The notes under the pieces are model-generated. The model made no database searches and had not been told where the DNA came from. It saw only the letters and a program-made list of their open reading frames with translations. Below, piece after piece: positions 1 through 10,184 of a stretch of DNA of 64,000 nt. Position numbers and translations under genes: made by a program. How positions within the stretch are numbered: the first letter of the stretch is position 1; every line of letters starts with the position of its first letter. This DNA is from Candidatus Omnitrophota bacterium (GTDB lineage Bacteria; Omnitrophota; Gorgyraeia; Gygaellales; Profunditerraquicolaceae). Location: the NCBI GenBank assembly GCA_030650425.1, contig JAUSED010000008.1:132554-196553 (forward strand), written 5' to 3'.

Positions 1-130
1 TGTTTAATTTTGAGGTTGTAAAAAATATTTTTTATGGGTTAGCAAAAAATGGCCCCAGGGAATCCTGTAGGCGTATTTGGAGAAAGAGTCTCTTTTTGTT
101 ACGGAAGGATTAAGCTAAAAAATAATCCCT

Positions 131-1273
131 ATGCTAAAAGATAATAGCATTACAGTTTTGATGACTGTATATAATGCTCAGGGTTATCTGGATAAATCTA
201 TCCAAAGTGTCCTTAATCAAACATATCGCGATTTTGAATTTCTTATTATTGACGACGGAAGCCGCGATGAATCCGTTGAAAAAATTAAGGCCTACCAGAA
301 AGTAGACCCGCGCATAGTTTTATATATCAATTCAAAAAACATCGGCCAGACAAGTTCGCTTAATAGAGGGTTTGAGTTGGCAAGAGGAAAGTACGTTGCC
401 CGTATCGATGCGGATGACATCGCTTTTGCGCATTGGCTTCAGAGCCAAGTTGATTTCTTGAAGAAGAACGGCGATGTGGATGTCTTAAGCGCCGGGCTTG
501 TGACGTTTGGAGAAAAGGGCTTGGGCAAGGTATATTTTTCCCCATTTTGCCGCCAAGATTTACTCTTAAAAGCGATTATCAAGTCTCCGCTTAATCACGG
601 GAGCGCGTTTATAAGAAAAGATGCTATTTTGAATATCGGCGCTTACAGTAATAACTATAAAATAGCCGCGGATTATGGCGTATGGACAAATTTTTTAAGG
701 AAGAATGGATCTATAGCCAGCAACCCGAATATTGTTATGGCAATCCGCATGCATGCGGATTCAGAGAGCGAGAAGAACAGGCTTACGCAGGCGTTAAAGG
801 AAATCGCTGAGATTTCCGGGCAGCATGTTCAATTCCTTACGGGCATGGATTTAAGCGAAGAAGAGAGCCTGCTTATGTGCCGGGCGCACTATGATGAGGG
901 CGGGTTAAATAGGCAAGATTTCCTCCGTGCCGTTGAGATTCATAAAAATGTTTACGCGTCTTTAAAGCGGGATTTAAATTTAAATAAAAAAAAGGTAAGG
1001 TTTTGGTATAAAAAACAAGTCCGCACGTTTTTTTTAAGACGGATTTATTGGTATATTCTTCAGCATAAACGGATAGAGGTCAGGGCGGCTGCACAGGAGT
1101 GTTTAAGAAGAACAGGATTTAGTCCTGTTTTTGTTGGGTTGTTTATTTTATCCTTTTTTCCGCAGTTATTTTTAGACTTTATTTTAAAAACCTATAATTT
1201 TATCCACACTGTAATCGCGCAGGTGTTTATGATGGAAAGGAAAATACCCTTATTAAAAAGGTCTATTAGATGA
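131..1273 (+). CDS. Family 2 glycosyltransferase (GT-A fold)
   Basis: N-terminal LMTVYNAQGYL...LIIDDGSRDES plus a RIDADD acidic motif, typical of GT2. The C-terminal tail is basic/hydrophobic. Confidence 0.8.
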   Translation: MLKDNSITVLMTVYNAQGYLDKSIQSVLNQTYRDFEFLIIDDGSRDESVEKIKAYQKVDPRIVLYINSKNIGQTSSLNRGFELARGKYVARIDADDIAFAHWLQSQVDFLKKNGDVDVLSAGLVTFGEKGLGKVYFSPFCRQDLLLKAIIKSPLNHGSAFIRKDAILNIGAYSNNYKIAADYGVWTNFLRKNGSIASNPNIVMAIRMHADSESEKNRLTQALKEIAEISGQHVQFLTGMDLSEEESLLMCRAHYDEGGLNRQDFLRAVEIHKNVYASLKRDLNLNKKKVRFWYKKQVRTFFLRRIYWYILQHKRIEVRAAAQECLRRTGFSPVFVGLFILSFFPQLFLDFILKTYNFIHTVIAQVFMMERKIPLLKRSIR

Positions 1274-2817
1274 TAGAAATTTTTCGTAAAGTTGGTTTTT
1301 TTATGCTGGGTATTCTTTCGCTGCTTTATATTATTTTCTCAAGGAATTTCGCGAAAATGTACGCGCAGATTACTTTCTTGGATTTTCCAATATTCACAGG
1401 GGAGATCCTGTTGTTTGTTTGTTTAATTTTATCTTTTTTTATCTTCGATTCCCGTTCTATAAAAGGCCAGCAATGGTGGGTGGTTTTTTATTTCCTTTGC
1501 GTTACCACAAAGGCTCTTTGGGGGTATGGCCTATGGGGGCCCTTGGCGTTTCGCCATGCTGCGTTATTCTATTACCCGATTTTTATTTTCTTCGGGTTTA
1601 TATTCTACAAAAAAGTATTTTTATCAGAGCCGTTAAAATTTTTTATTGTGATTTTATCTCTTGTCCTCTGCACAACGAATCATTTTAACGAGTATTGGAT
1701 TTTAGCATTATGGATTATTGTGTTTATTTTGATGCGGTCTTTCAGCAATAAGACAATAAAATATTTTTTCTATATCTGTTTGGCAGCAGTTGTTTTTATT
1801 TCCTATAATTTTTTTATTCTGACTGCCAGGACATTTATTGTCGGAAATATAGCCGCGGCTGTTTTCTTGATAACAGCCCTTTTGCTTATAGCTAAAATCA
1901 AGAGTTCTTATAAAGGTGTCATTGCTGGAGTCCTGTTTATATTATTGGTTTTTTTCATATATAAATATTCTTCACTAAACGCATCTGGGACAATTTTGGA
2001 TATGAAAACCATAATAAACCAGTATAGACTGAGCGAAGCGGAATTAAAATTACGGCAGCCTGATTATGTTCCGAAAGAGTTTAGTGATGCAAAATTGTTT
2101 AATCCTGGAGAACCGGCTTCATTTAATGAGCCGAAAAAAGATTTGAATAAAAATGCCATAATAAAGCGGTATAAAATGTTAGCTTCGGAAATGAAAACCC
2201 GAGGGTCTTATCATGTTTCTCGGGGCCAGGAGATCATAAAACCGTCTAATCCCGAACAATCATTTACCCCCTTTGATCCTGCGGGGAATAAAATATCCAA
2301 GCAAGAAATATTTGAGAAGAAGAGAATTGATAATGATAAAACGATAAGGAAGGGAAGAATCGCGGAAGATGCTTATGGCAATATATTGTTTCGTCTTTTT
2401 ATCTGGCGGGATATGCTTTTTGAATTTTCTCGGAGTTGGCCTATTCTGGGTTTCTCTTTCGGAAAACCGTTTCGTTCTGAGAGCCTGGAAATTCTGAATT
2501 GGGCTAACGGTGATTGGATGAGAGATGGATGGATTGAGCCGCATAATTCTTATTTAAATATACTTTATCGTATGGGTATTTTAGGCGTTGCCTTGATAAG
2601 CTTTTTAATATGGAAACTCTGTAGCATAATAAAAAGTTTTATCGCGTTCAAGTCTCTATCTGGAATATTGTTATCTTCTATTTTGATTAATTGGCTGGTT
2701 GCCACGAACTTTTTGCCTCTTTTTGAGCTTCCGTATAACGCCATTCCTTTTTGGGCACTTTGGGGTGTAACTTTAGGGTATTTAAAAGAAATAGAAGTTA
2801 AAAGGCAGATACTTTGA
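1270..2817 (+). CDS. Wzy_C-family membrane protein (O-antigen ligase/polymerase or O-oligosaccharyltransferase-like)
   Basis: Polytopic membrane protein with a large hydrophilic loop and the HNSYLNILYRMGILGVAL signature characteristic of the Wzy_C/O-antigen ligase family. Overlaps the upstream gene by 4 nt. Confidence 0.7.
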   Translation: MIEIFRKVGFFMLGILSLLYIIFSRNFAKMYAQITFLDFPIFTGEILLFVCLILSFFIFDSRSIKGQQWWVVFYFLCVTTKALWGYGLWGPLAFRHAALFYYPIFIFFGFIFYKKVFLSEPLKFFIVILSLVLCTTNHFNEYWILALWIIVFILMRSFSNKTIKYFFYICLAAVVFISYNFFILTARTFIVGNIAAAVFLITALLLIAKIKSSYKGVIAGVLFILLVFFIYKYSSLNASGTILDMKTIINQYRLSEAELKLRQPDYVPKEFSDAKLFNPGEPASFNEPKKDLNKNAIIKRYKMLASEMKTRGSYHVSRGQEIIKPSNPEQSFTPFDPAGNKISKQEIFEKKRIDNDKTIRKGRIAEDAYGNILFRLFIWRDMLFEFSRSWPILGFSFGKPFRSESLEILNWANGDWMRDGWIEPHNSYLNILYRMGILGVALISFLIWKLCSIIKSFIAFKSLSGILLSSILINWLVATNFLPLFELPYNAIPFWALWGVTLGYLKEIEVKRQIL

Positions 2818-3980
2818 AAATCCTGATTATTCATAATAGCTATTATTTTCGTGGCGGTGAAGATGAGGTTGTTGAGGCCGAAAAAAGAATGCTTGAAGCT
2901 TATGGCCATAAGGTTATTATCTATATTCGCAATAACCGGGAAATCGAAAGATTAAATTTCCGGGCTAAATCACTTTTTTTTCTAAAAGATGTTTTTTGGT
3001 CAAAACAAACTTACGATGATATTCGCGTTCTTATTCGTAGAGAAGAGCCTGACATCGCACATATTCACAATGTTTTATTTATGATTTCTCCTTCTGCGTA
3101 TGATGCCTGTTATGATGAGCAAATACCGCTTGTGCAAACTTTGCATAATTTCCGCTTTTTGTGTCCGATAGGCATCTTTTTCCGGCAGGGTAAGATTTGC
3201 GAACAATGTCCTTCTTTGGGAAAAATCAGCGCGGTCTTTTATAAATGCTGGAAAAATTCTTTCTTAAAATCTTTTTTGCTCGTTAAGGTTGTGGGCTCGC
3301 TTGTTCAAAAGGTTATCTTACAGAAGAAAGTGAGCGCCTTCATTTGTCTAACGCACTTCGCGAAAGAGAGATTTGTTCAATTGGGAGTGCCGCAAGAAAA
3401 GGTTTTCATTAAGCCAAATTTTCTGGATGAAGATCCCGGTGCTGATATGAATAAAGACTCATATGCTATTTACGTTGGCGCGTTAAGGGATTATAAAGGA
3501 ATTAGAACCCTTATTCGCGCTTGGCGTGAAATAAAAAACGCCCCGCTCTTGAAAGTTGTCGGTAGCGGGCCTTTAGAAGCAGAGCTTAAGGGGTTATCCA
3601 AGGATTTGAATATTGAATTCGTCGGGCAAAAACATTTTAGGGAAACCTTAATTTTAATAAAAAATGCTTCTTTTTTAATATTGCCGTCTGAATGTTATGA
3701 AACCTTTCCGCGGGTGGTCATTGAAGCTTATGCCTGCGGGGTGCCGGTTATTGTCAGCCGGTTGGAGGCATTAAAAGAGATAGTGGAAGAAGGCAAGACA
3801 GGGGTATTTTTTAATGCCGGAGACATCGGTGATCTGGCGTTAAAGATAGACAGATTCATTCAGCGTCCGCAAGATCTTAAAGCGATGGGGTTGCATGTCC
3901 GCCGAAATTTTGAGGAGCAATATACTCTTAGCAAGAATATGGTTCTTTTGGAAGATATTTATCAGAAAGTTTTAAAATGA
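2814..3980 (+). CDS. Family 4 glycosyltransferase (GT-B fold)
   Basis: C-terminal EAYACGVPVIVSRLEALKEIVEEGKTGVFF motif, the GT4 nucleotide-sugar binding signature. Overlaps the upstream gene by 4 nt. Confidence 0.8.
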   Translation: MKILIIHNSYYFRGGEDEVVEAEKRMLEAYGHKVIIYIRNNREIERLNFRAKSLFFLKDVFWSKQTYDDIRVLIRREEPDIAHIHNVLFMISPSAYDACYDEQIPLVQTLHNFRFLCPIGIFFRQGKICEQCPSLGKISAVFYKCWKNSFLKSFLLVKVVGSLVQKVILQKKVSAFICLTHFAKERFVQLGVPQEKVFIKPNFLDEDPGADMNKDSYAIYVGALRDYKGIRTLIRAWREIKNAPLLKVVGSGPLEAELKGLSKDLNIEFVGQKHFRETLILIKNASFLILPSECYETFPRVVIEAYACGVPVIVSRLEALKEIVEEGKTGVFFNAGDIGDLALKIDRFIQRPQDLKAMGLHVRRNFEEQYTLSKNMVLLEDIYQKVLK

Positions 3981-4036
3981 TTTCGTCAAAAAAAAGTATT
4001 CGTTTAATTTGTGCTATTGAGCCGTCTTGAGGAGGA

Positions 4037-5251
4037 GTGGTGGGTAAAGGCGCAGATAAAAAAGTTGAACTTAGTATTGTTATGCCGTGTCTGAATGAGG
4101 CAGAGACACTCGGAACCTGCATAGCTAAAGCGAAGAAGTTTCTGGAATCCAACGGTGTGAACGGTGAAATCATTATCGGAGATAACGGCTCAACAGACGG
4201 TTCCCGGGAGATTGCAGAAAAAGCAGGCGCCCGCATTGTAGCGGTAGCGCAACGCGGCTATGGTTCGGCTATTTACCACGCTACCTTGGCGGCGGCGGGC
4301 CAGTACGCGATTGTAGGTGACTCCGATAACACCTATGATTTTTCTGATCTACTGCCGTTTTTAGAGAAATTGCGCGTAGGTTATGACTTGGTAATGGGTA
4401 ATCGATTCCTCGGTGGTATTCGGCCCGGAGCAATGCCGTGGAAAAACCGGTACATCGGCACGCCAGTATTGACGGCAATAGGCCGTCTTTTCTTTCATTG
4501 CTCAGCGAATGACTTTAATTGCGGGCTCCGCGGCTATTCCTTGGAAGCGTTTCGTCGTATGCATTTGTGCACAACGGGAATGGAATTTGCTTCGGAAATG
4601 GTAATTAAGGCAACTATCCTGGGGATGCGTGTTACCGAAGTTCCTACCACGCTTAGCCCTAGCGGCCGCTCGCGACCCCCACACCTGCGGCCGTGGCGGG
4701 ACGGATGGCGGCATCTGCGTTTTATGCTTCTCTACAGCCCGCGCTGGTTATTTTTCTATCCCGGAATTTTTTTTATATTTATCGGCAGCCTATTAGGCGC
4801 TTGGCTGCTGCCGAAAGCCAGGACAATCTTTGGAATATCATTAGACATCCAAACTCTGCTCTTTTGTGCCGCCGCAGTCTTGCTTGGTTTCCAAGCCGTG
4901 CTTTTTACTGCCTTAGCGAAAATATTCTTAGTGAACAGCGGTTTATTACCCCGTAATAAATGGTTCGACCGTATATTCAGACTTCTAAATTTAGAGAGAG
5001 GTATCTTTTGCGGCGTATTGTTGCTGCTGGCAGGATTATCAGGCGCGGTATTTTCCGTTTTTGAATGGGGGAGAAACCATCTCGGGCCATTAAATCCCGA
5101 AGTGAGCATGCGGAGTGTTATCCCTTCCGTGCTCCTGATTATCCTTGGTTTTCAAATAGTGTTTGCGAGTTTTTTCTTTAGCGTCCTTGGTATCAATATC
5201 CGGGGATCTAAGGTATGGTCTAAGGCAGAGACAGGAGGCAGGGAAGCATGA
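4037..5251 (+). CDS. Polyprenol-phosphate glycosyltransferase-like GT2 (GtrB/ArnC/DPM1-like) with C-terminal transmembrane segments
   Basis: GTG start after GGAGG. LSIVMPCLNEAETLG...IIIGDNGSTDGS GT2 catalytic core followed by several C-terminal hydrophobic helices. The coding sequence is visibly GC-richer than its neighbours. Confidence 0.75.
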   Translation: MVGKGADKKVELSIVMPCLNEAETLGTCIAKAKKFLESNGVNGEIIIGDNGSTDGSREIAEKAGARIVAVAQRGYGSAIYHATLAAAGQYAIVGDSDNTYDFSDLLPFLEKLRVGYDLVMGNRFLGGIRPGAMPWKNRYIGTPVLTAIGRLFFHCSANDFNCGLRGYSLEAFRRMHLCTTGMEFASEMVIKATILGMRVTEVPTTLSPSGRSRPPHLRPWRDGWRHLRFMLLYSPRWLFFYPGIFFIFIGSLLGAWLLPKARTIFGISLDIQTLLFCAAAVLLGFQAVLFTALAKIFLVNSGLLPRNKWFDRIFRLLNLERGIFCGVLLLLAGLSGAVFSVFEWGRNHLGPLNPEVSMRSVIPSVLLIILGFQIVFASFFFSVLGINIRGSKVWSKAETGGREA

Positions 5252-6627
5252 AAATCGCGTTAGTCAGGCCGCCGGAAGTTAATCCTTATTGGACTCCTCC
5301 TGATCCTCCTTTGGGGATCGGTTATCTATGTTCGTATCTAAAGGCGAACAATATGGAATGCCGGATATTTGACGCAAATTTTAATGCCTGGAAAGAAGAT
5401 GAGGCCGTAGAGAGGGTAATAGAATACAGGCCTGATCTTGTGGGTTTTTCTGCGATGACCCACGAGATTAAAATGGCGCATACAATTGCTTTGAGAATCA
5501 AAAATTCCATTAAAGGCGTGGCTATCGTTGTCGGCGGCTGCCATGTAACAGCTTTACCCAGAGAGACGATTCAAGAATTTCCCGCTTTTAACTATGGCGT
5601 GTTCGGTGAAGGCGAAAAAACTATGTTAGAGCTCGCCCAATACCTGCTAAAAGGAAATAGCGGAGGGTTAAAAAATATTAATGGTTTAGTGTATAGGGAG
5701 AATAACGGCGAGGTAACCTTAAATTCTTTTCGTCAGAGATTAAGTTCAGCGGAATTAGACAAGCTTCCTTACCCGGAATTTAATCAATACTACGCGAACC
5801 GCCAATCGCTTGCCGGCAGGAAGAGCCATTATGTGATTATGTCGAGCAGGGGTTGTCCTTATAACTGTGTTTTTTGTATGCAGGTTTTAGGAAGGGAAAT
5901 CAGGAGGAGGTCTCCTGAAAGCGTAGTTAGTGAAATAGAGTACGCTGTAAAGAGCTATGGCGCCCACACTATATTTTTTGCCGATGAGATATTTTTATTT
6001 AATGACAGGGTAACCTTTGAGGCGCTTGAGTTGATGAAAACACGTAACCTGCCAAAACAGGTGAGATGGAGAGCGACAAGCCGTGTTAATATCGTGACCG
6101 AAGAGTTAATGAAAGCGGCTAAAGAGGCGGGTTGTTTTCTTTTGGAAATGGGTATAGAATCCGGGAGTAATGAAATTCTTAAAGCTATAAATAAACAGAT
6201 AGCCGTTGAACAGACGAAAAGGGCGGTTGAGATTATCAAAAAAGCCGGGATTGGCATTAGCGCTAATTTCATATTAGGCCATCCCAATGAGACGTTGGAG
6301 ACGATTAAGGCAACCGTCAACTTGGCGGTAAGGCTGAATACGGACAACCTGGCGGTTGGAATTATGGTGCCTTATCCGGGAACGAAGATTTTTGAAATGG
6401 CAAAACGCGGTGAAGGAAAGTATAAATTACTGACCCAAGATTGGTCTATGTATGATAAATATGGCGGCAGGGCATTGGAGCTGGAAGGTTTGCCGCTGAA
6501 GGAATTGGAGAAATGGCAAAGAAAAGCGCTTCTATATTTTTATGTTAAGAACTTTAGGTTTTTGGATTTGCTTAAATTTATCATGACGTATAAAAGATCA
6601 ATTCTAAAACTGGTTATAAAGCGGTAA
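5248..6627 (+). CDS. Cobalamin-binding (class B-like) radical SAM enzyme
   Basis: N-terminal Rossmann-like B12-binding-type domain (KIALVRPPEV...GIGYLCSYL) followed by the radical-SAM cluster motif GCPYNCVFC (CxxxCxxC). Confidence 0.8.
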   Translation: MKIALVRPPEVNPYWTPPDPPLGIGYLCSYLKANNMECRIFDANFNAWKEDEAVERVIEYRPDLVGFSAMTHEIKMAHTIALRIKNSIKGVAIVVGGCHVTALPRETIQEFPAFNYGVFGEGEKTMLELAQYLLKGNSGGLKNINGLVYRENNGEVTLNSFRQRLSSAELDKLPYPEFNQYYANRQSLAGRKSHYVIMSSRGCPYNCVFCMQVLGREIRRRSPESVVSEIEYAVKSYGAHTIFFADEIFLFNDRVTFEALELMKTRNLPKQVRWRATSRVNIVTEELMKAAKEAGCFLLEMGIESGSNEILKAINKQIAVEQTKRAVEIIKKAGIGISANFILGHPNETLETIKATVNLAVRLNTDNLAVGIMVPYPGTKIFEMAKRGEGKYKLLTQDWSMYDKYGGRALELEGLPLKELEKWQRKALLYFYVKNFRFLDLLKFIMTYKRSILKLVIKR

Positions 6628-7325
6628 TGACTGATGAATTTGGCTCTTATGCCCGGCGGTACCCCGAAATTATCAACCTTACCTCCGCTATAACCGGTGA
6701 AAAATATGAGTTCTTTATCCGTTTTCGCGTTTCTTTAATGAAACGTAAATTGACCGGGAATGGCGCGCATACGGGAATCAACCGTATCCTTGATTTTGGC
6801 TGTGGTATAGGTGCTGCTGGAAAAATCCTGGAAGACGCATTTCCCCAGGCCGCAATTCTGGGAGTCGATTCTTCAGAAAAATCAGTCATTGAAGCGAACC
6901 ATCAGGGATTATCTCGGTCGGATTTTATCTGTAGTGAAGGCGAAGCTTTACCATTGGCGGACGCTAGCGTGGATTTGGTCTATTCTAACGGAGTTGTCCA
7001 TCATACTCCCTTAGAGCGGCGGGGCGCGGTATTACGCGAACTCTTCCGTGTAGTCAGGCCAAAGGGCCAAGTTTTTATCTTTGAGAACAATCCCGCAAAT
7101 CCGCTGATGATGCGCGCTATGGCTAAGAGCCCGCTCGATAGCGATGCGCAGCCGATTACTCCGAAGGAACTATCCCGCCTGTTTGAAAATTGCGGTTTCC
7201 GGATAGCGCGGAGCGGATACTACTTTTTATTTCCGCATTGCCTGCGGTTCCTTCGTTGGGGTGAGCCTCTGTTTGAGCAATTACCTTTGGGGGCGCAATA
7301 CTTTGTCTGGGGTGTACGAGTTTGA
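6627..7325 (+). CDS. Class I SAM-dependent methyltransferase
   Basis: Motif I ILDFGCGIGAAG and acidic motif II (VDSSE), then VDLVYSNGVVHH. Abuts the rSAM stop, with a TAATG overlap. Confidence 0.75.
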   Translation: MTDEFGSYARRYPEIINLTSAITGEKYEFFIRFRVSLMKRKLTGNGAHTGINRILDFGCGIGAAGKILEDAFPQAAILGVDSSEKSVIEANHQGLSRSDFICSEGEALPLADASVDLVYSNGVVHHTPLERRGAVLRELFRVVRPKGQVFIFENNPANPLMMRAMAKSPLDSDAQPITPKELSRLFENCGFRIARSGYYFLFPHCLRFLRWGEPLFEQLPLGAQYFVWGVRV

Positions 7326-8734
7326 TGAAGATTAAAAAACGATTATTTCAAAATCCAATTTTCTGGGCTTTTCTCTTGAGCTTTACTTATTGGTTTTATC
7401 TTGTTTTAACCAGCCATATGGAGATAAGTTGTGACGCGATTGGCTATGAAAATTTAGGAAAGTTGCTTGCAGAACAAGGTTGGATAAAATTCTTTAAGGC
7501 CGGTCTGCAGCGCGAACCGGTTTATCTGGGATTGATCGCATTTTCTATGGGGCTGGAGAAAATCTCAGGGATCTCTTATCAACTTATCCAGATGGCGATC
7601 CAATTACTAATTCTGTTTTTAACTCAGATCTTGGCCTTGCGCATCTTGCGGATTCTAAAAATTAATGATCTATTGAGCGCCCTTACGATTCTTTATCTTG
7701 GAATTTCTCCGGCAATGGTGAATTCCGCCCTAAGTTTATTCTCAGAAATAATTATTTATCCTTTTATGCTGGCCATCGTCCTTCTTATGTATCAGGCATG
7801 GATTTCGTTCTCAGGTCCGAAAATCCGAATAGTCGTCCTGGCTATTGCAACCGGTTTAACCTTAAGCCTTATGACTTTGAGCAGAGGGATCTTTGAATTC
7901 ATAGCTCCAGTTTTTATTGGTATGTTTTTCCTATCAACCTTATTTACCCGTAAGCGGAGATTCATCTTCAATGCCGTGGTATATTTTGTCATTACTTTGA
8001 TTATCTTCTATGTTTTCATAACGGGGTATAAGCTGACCAATCTGGTGTTGAATGGCCATTTTATGGTTACGGACCGGGGCGCTCATATGCTTTATGGAAG
8101 CGCCGCTCGACGAGCGGAGCCATTAACCCGCGAGCGATTCCTCACGGCTTTAGCTTATATACCGGGAGAAGGGATTTGTAACGTGATTTTCGGCAAAGAA
8201 AAATGTTTTTTTTGGTCTGGAGAAAAACTTGATGAGTTTGCCTATACTAAAGCTGGCGAGCTGCAGGCCAGCGGCCTGCGGCCTGAAGAAGTTGATAAGG
8301 AGACCTTTAGAGCCGCCCTTAAGATAATCTTGCAGAAACCTGGTCAATTTGTCCTGTTTTGGTTTGAGGATGGATTAAAAATGTTCTTTTGGGAATCAAC
8401 CCAGATAGGGTTTGTTTCTTACTCAGCAGGTTTAACAAAACTCTTTTGTTGGGCACCCATCAAAAATGGCTTACGGCTTCTAATGGCTATCCTGACATTC
8501 GTGGCTTTTATATATTTGATCAGCTTTTTGTTGCGCGAAAGGAAAAATTTCTTTGTGCCTCACGAGAAGATTAAAATTATTCTTTTCTTGAGTCTCCTTC
8601 TTATCTTCCTGTTTAGCAGCGCCCAAGCTTTATTCATTATTGTTGGACGCTATGCCCTGCCGGTGGTACCGTTGTATTTGATAATCCTCGCTTTTTTTAT
8701 ACAGAAAATCGTTACTAAAGCCAAGCAAGCGTAA
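7322..8734 (+). CDS. GT-C fold membrane glycosyltransferase, PMT_2/ArnT-like (polyprenol-P-sugar dependent)
   Basis: About 12 predicted TM helices. The first extracytoplasmic loop carries an acidic D-x-x-x-Y-E motif (CDAIGYEN) resembling the DExRY loop-1 motif of ArnT/PMT_2 transferases. Confidence 0.55.
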   Translation: MMKIKKRLFQNPIFWAFLLSFTYWFYLVLTSHMEISCDAIGYENLGKLLAEQGWIKFFKAGLQREPVYLGLIAFSMGLEKISGISYQLIQMAIQLLILFLTQILALRILRILKINDLLSALTILYLGISPAMVNSALSLFSEIIIYPFMLAIVLLMYQAWISFSGPKIRIVVLAIATGLTLSLMTLSRGIFEFIAPVFIGMFFLSTLFTRKRRFIFNAVVYFVITLIIFYVFITGYKLTNLVLNGHFMVTDRGAHMLYGSAARRAEPLTRERFLTALAYIPGEGICNVIFGKEKCFFWSGEKLDEFAYTKAGELQASGLRPEEVDKETFRAALKIILQKPGQFVLFWFEDGLKMFFWESTQIGFVSYSAGLTKLFCWAPIKNGLRLLMAILTFVAFIYLISFLLRERKNFFVPHEKIKIILFLSLLLIFLFSSAQALFIIVGRYALPVVPLYLIILAFFIQKIVTKAKQA

Positions 8735-8735
8735 T

Positions 8736-10184
8736 ATGAAAAAAAAGCTGATTGAAAATACTTTGATTTATTCTGGATTGCAGGTTTTGCAAGGAGGGGC
8801 ATTATTTTTATTACTTCCCATCTATACCCGCTTTCTTACTCCGGATGATTACGGGATAGTTTCGGTAATAAACGCGATGGCGGTTTTTTTAGGTGTTTTT
8901 TATTTAATGGGATTAAACGGCGCGGCTTATCGGTATTATTTTGATTTTAAAGATAATCAGGAAGAGTTGAAGCGTTTTTTGGGCACAATCGTAACTTTTT
9001 TATTAGGCCTTTCTCTGGCCTTCACTTTGATCCTTTTGTTTTTTGGCCGGTTTATCCTGCATCCGTTTCTGGGTAATATAAAATATTATCCCTATATGTT
9101 CTTTGGCATACTGGGAGCGGCTTTCGTCCCGCTTTTTACTATTTATCAATCTTTGCAACAGGCCCACCACCATGGCAGGAAATTCGGGATAATTAAGTTG
9201 TTAAATTTTATCGTTTTGTCGCTGTTAACGGTTGTGTTTATCGTTATTTTTAAACTTAAAGCGATGGGTCCTATCCTAGCGGTAACCCTGACTTCAGTTT
9301 TATTTTTTTCGTTTGCTCTCTGGGATATGAGGGGAAGGCTTATTTTCGGAATCGACCTTAAATACTTAAAAAAAAGCCTCGCTTACAGCTTACCAATTAT
9401 CCCGCATTCGTTAACGGGATGGCTAGCCGGGTTAGTGGACAGGCTTTTAATTAATAAATTTGTATCTACAGCCGCGGTTGGGATATATAATATAGGTTAT
9501 CTATTCGGGGGGATACTGGGTTTTGTGAATTGCGCTATAAATCAAGCCTATGGCCCTTGGTTTTACGAAGAAATGAAAAAAAACCAGACGGCTAAGGTGA
9601 AAAAGTTTTTTATCTTAGCAATGACTTTGTATATTACGCTGGCTTTGTGGGTTACTATCTTCGCTAAAGAAGCCCTATGGATTATGACTAAGGGCGACTT
9701 CAGGGAATCCTGGAAAGTCGTAGGGCTGCTTTCCTTCGGTAATTTTTTCGGCGGTTATTACTATTTCCTTGCTAATCAGCTCTTTTTTAGCGAAAAAGGG
9801 ACGCGTTATATCGCCATCGCTACGATATCAGCGGCGCTGCTTGGTTTCCTGTTGAATTTGATATTAATCCAAAGATACGGAATAATGGGAGCGGCACTTG
9901 CCATGTTCTTTACTAATTTAATTACTACTCTTTTGGTAGGCTTGTTCGCCCAGCGCCTCCAGCCTGTGGATTGGGATCACCTGCTTATTATCAAGCTGGT
10001 ATTGATAAATGGAGCAGCCTGTATTTTTACTCAGTTTGTTTTATTGCTTTTTGCGCTATCCCTTGGCACAGCTTTAACAATAAAAGTTCTAACCGTTTTA
10101 ATCTGCACTTTTGTTAATTATCGTCTCTGTACTAACAGAGCGGGAGGCTTAGGTATTTTTAATTTTAAGGAGATGGCTCAATGA
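8736..10184 (+). CDS. wzx: Wzx-type oligosaccharide flippase (MOP superfamily polysaccharide biosynthesis protein)
   Basis: 482 aa and about 12-14 hydrophobic helices. N-terminal LIENTLIYSGLQVLQGG region typical of the polysaccharide biosynthesis protein/Wzx family. Confidence 0.75.
   Translation: MKKKLIENTLIYSGLQVLQGGALFLLLPIYTRFLTPDDYGIVSVINAMAVFLGVFYLMGLNGAAYRYYFDFKDNQEELKRFLGTIVTFLLGLSLAFTLILLFFGRFILHPFLGNIKYYPYMFFGILGAAFVPLFTIYQSLQQAHHHGRKFGIIKLLNFIVLSLLTVVFIVIFKLKAMGPILAVTLTSVLFFSFALWDMRGRLIFGIDLKYLKKSLAYSLPIIPHSLTGWLAGLVDRLLINKFVSTAAVGIYNIGYLFGGILGFVNCAINQAYGPWFYEEMKKNQTAKVKKFFILAMTLYITLALWVTIFAKEALWIMTKGDFRESWKVVGLLSFGNFFGGYYYFLANQLFFSEKGTRYIAIATISAALLGFLLNLILIQRYGIMGAALAMFFTNLITTLLVGLFAQRLQPVDWDHLLIIKLVLINGAACIFTQFVLLLFALSLGTALTIKVLTVLICTFVNYRLCTNRAGGLGIFNFKEMAQ

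Noticed and set aside
1..130. Possible promoter upstream of the first gene
   Set aside because: I could not find a convincing -35/-10 pair. The window may start inside an upstream gene, so I left it unannotated.
360..545. 61-aa minus-strand ORF inside the first GT2 gene
   Set aside because: Fully antisense to a well-supported GT2 coding region, with an Arg/Ser/Pro-rich low-complexity product and no RBS. I treated this and the other minus-strand ORFs in the track (e.g. 2260-2544, 4502-4714, 5955-6347, 30449-30871, 39761-40102, 42052-42399) the same way, as frame artefacts.
1419..1688. 89-aa same-strand alternative-frame ORF within the Wzy_C gene
   Set aside because: Overlaps the hydrophobic core of a membrane protein and has no independent signal. 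Likely a spurious frame.
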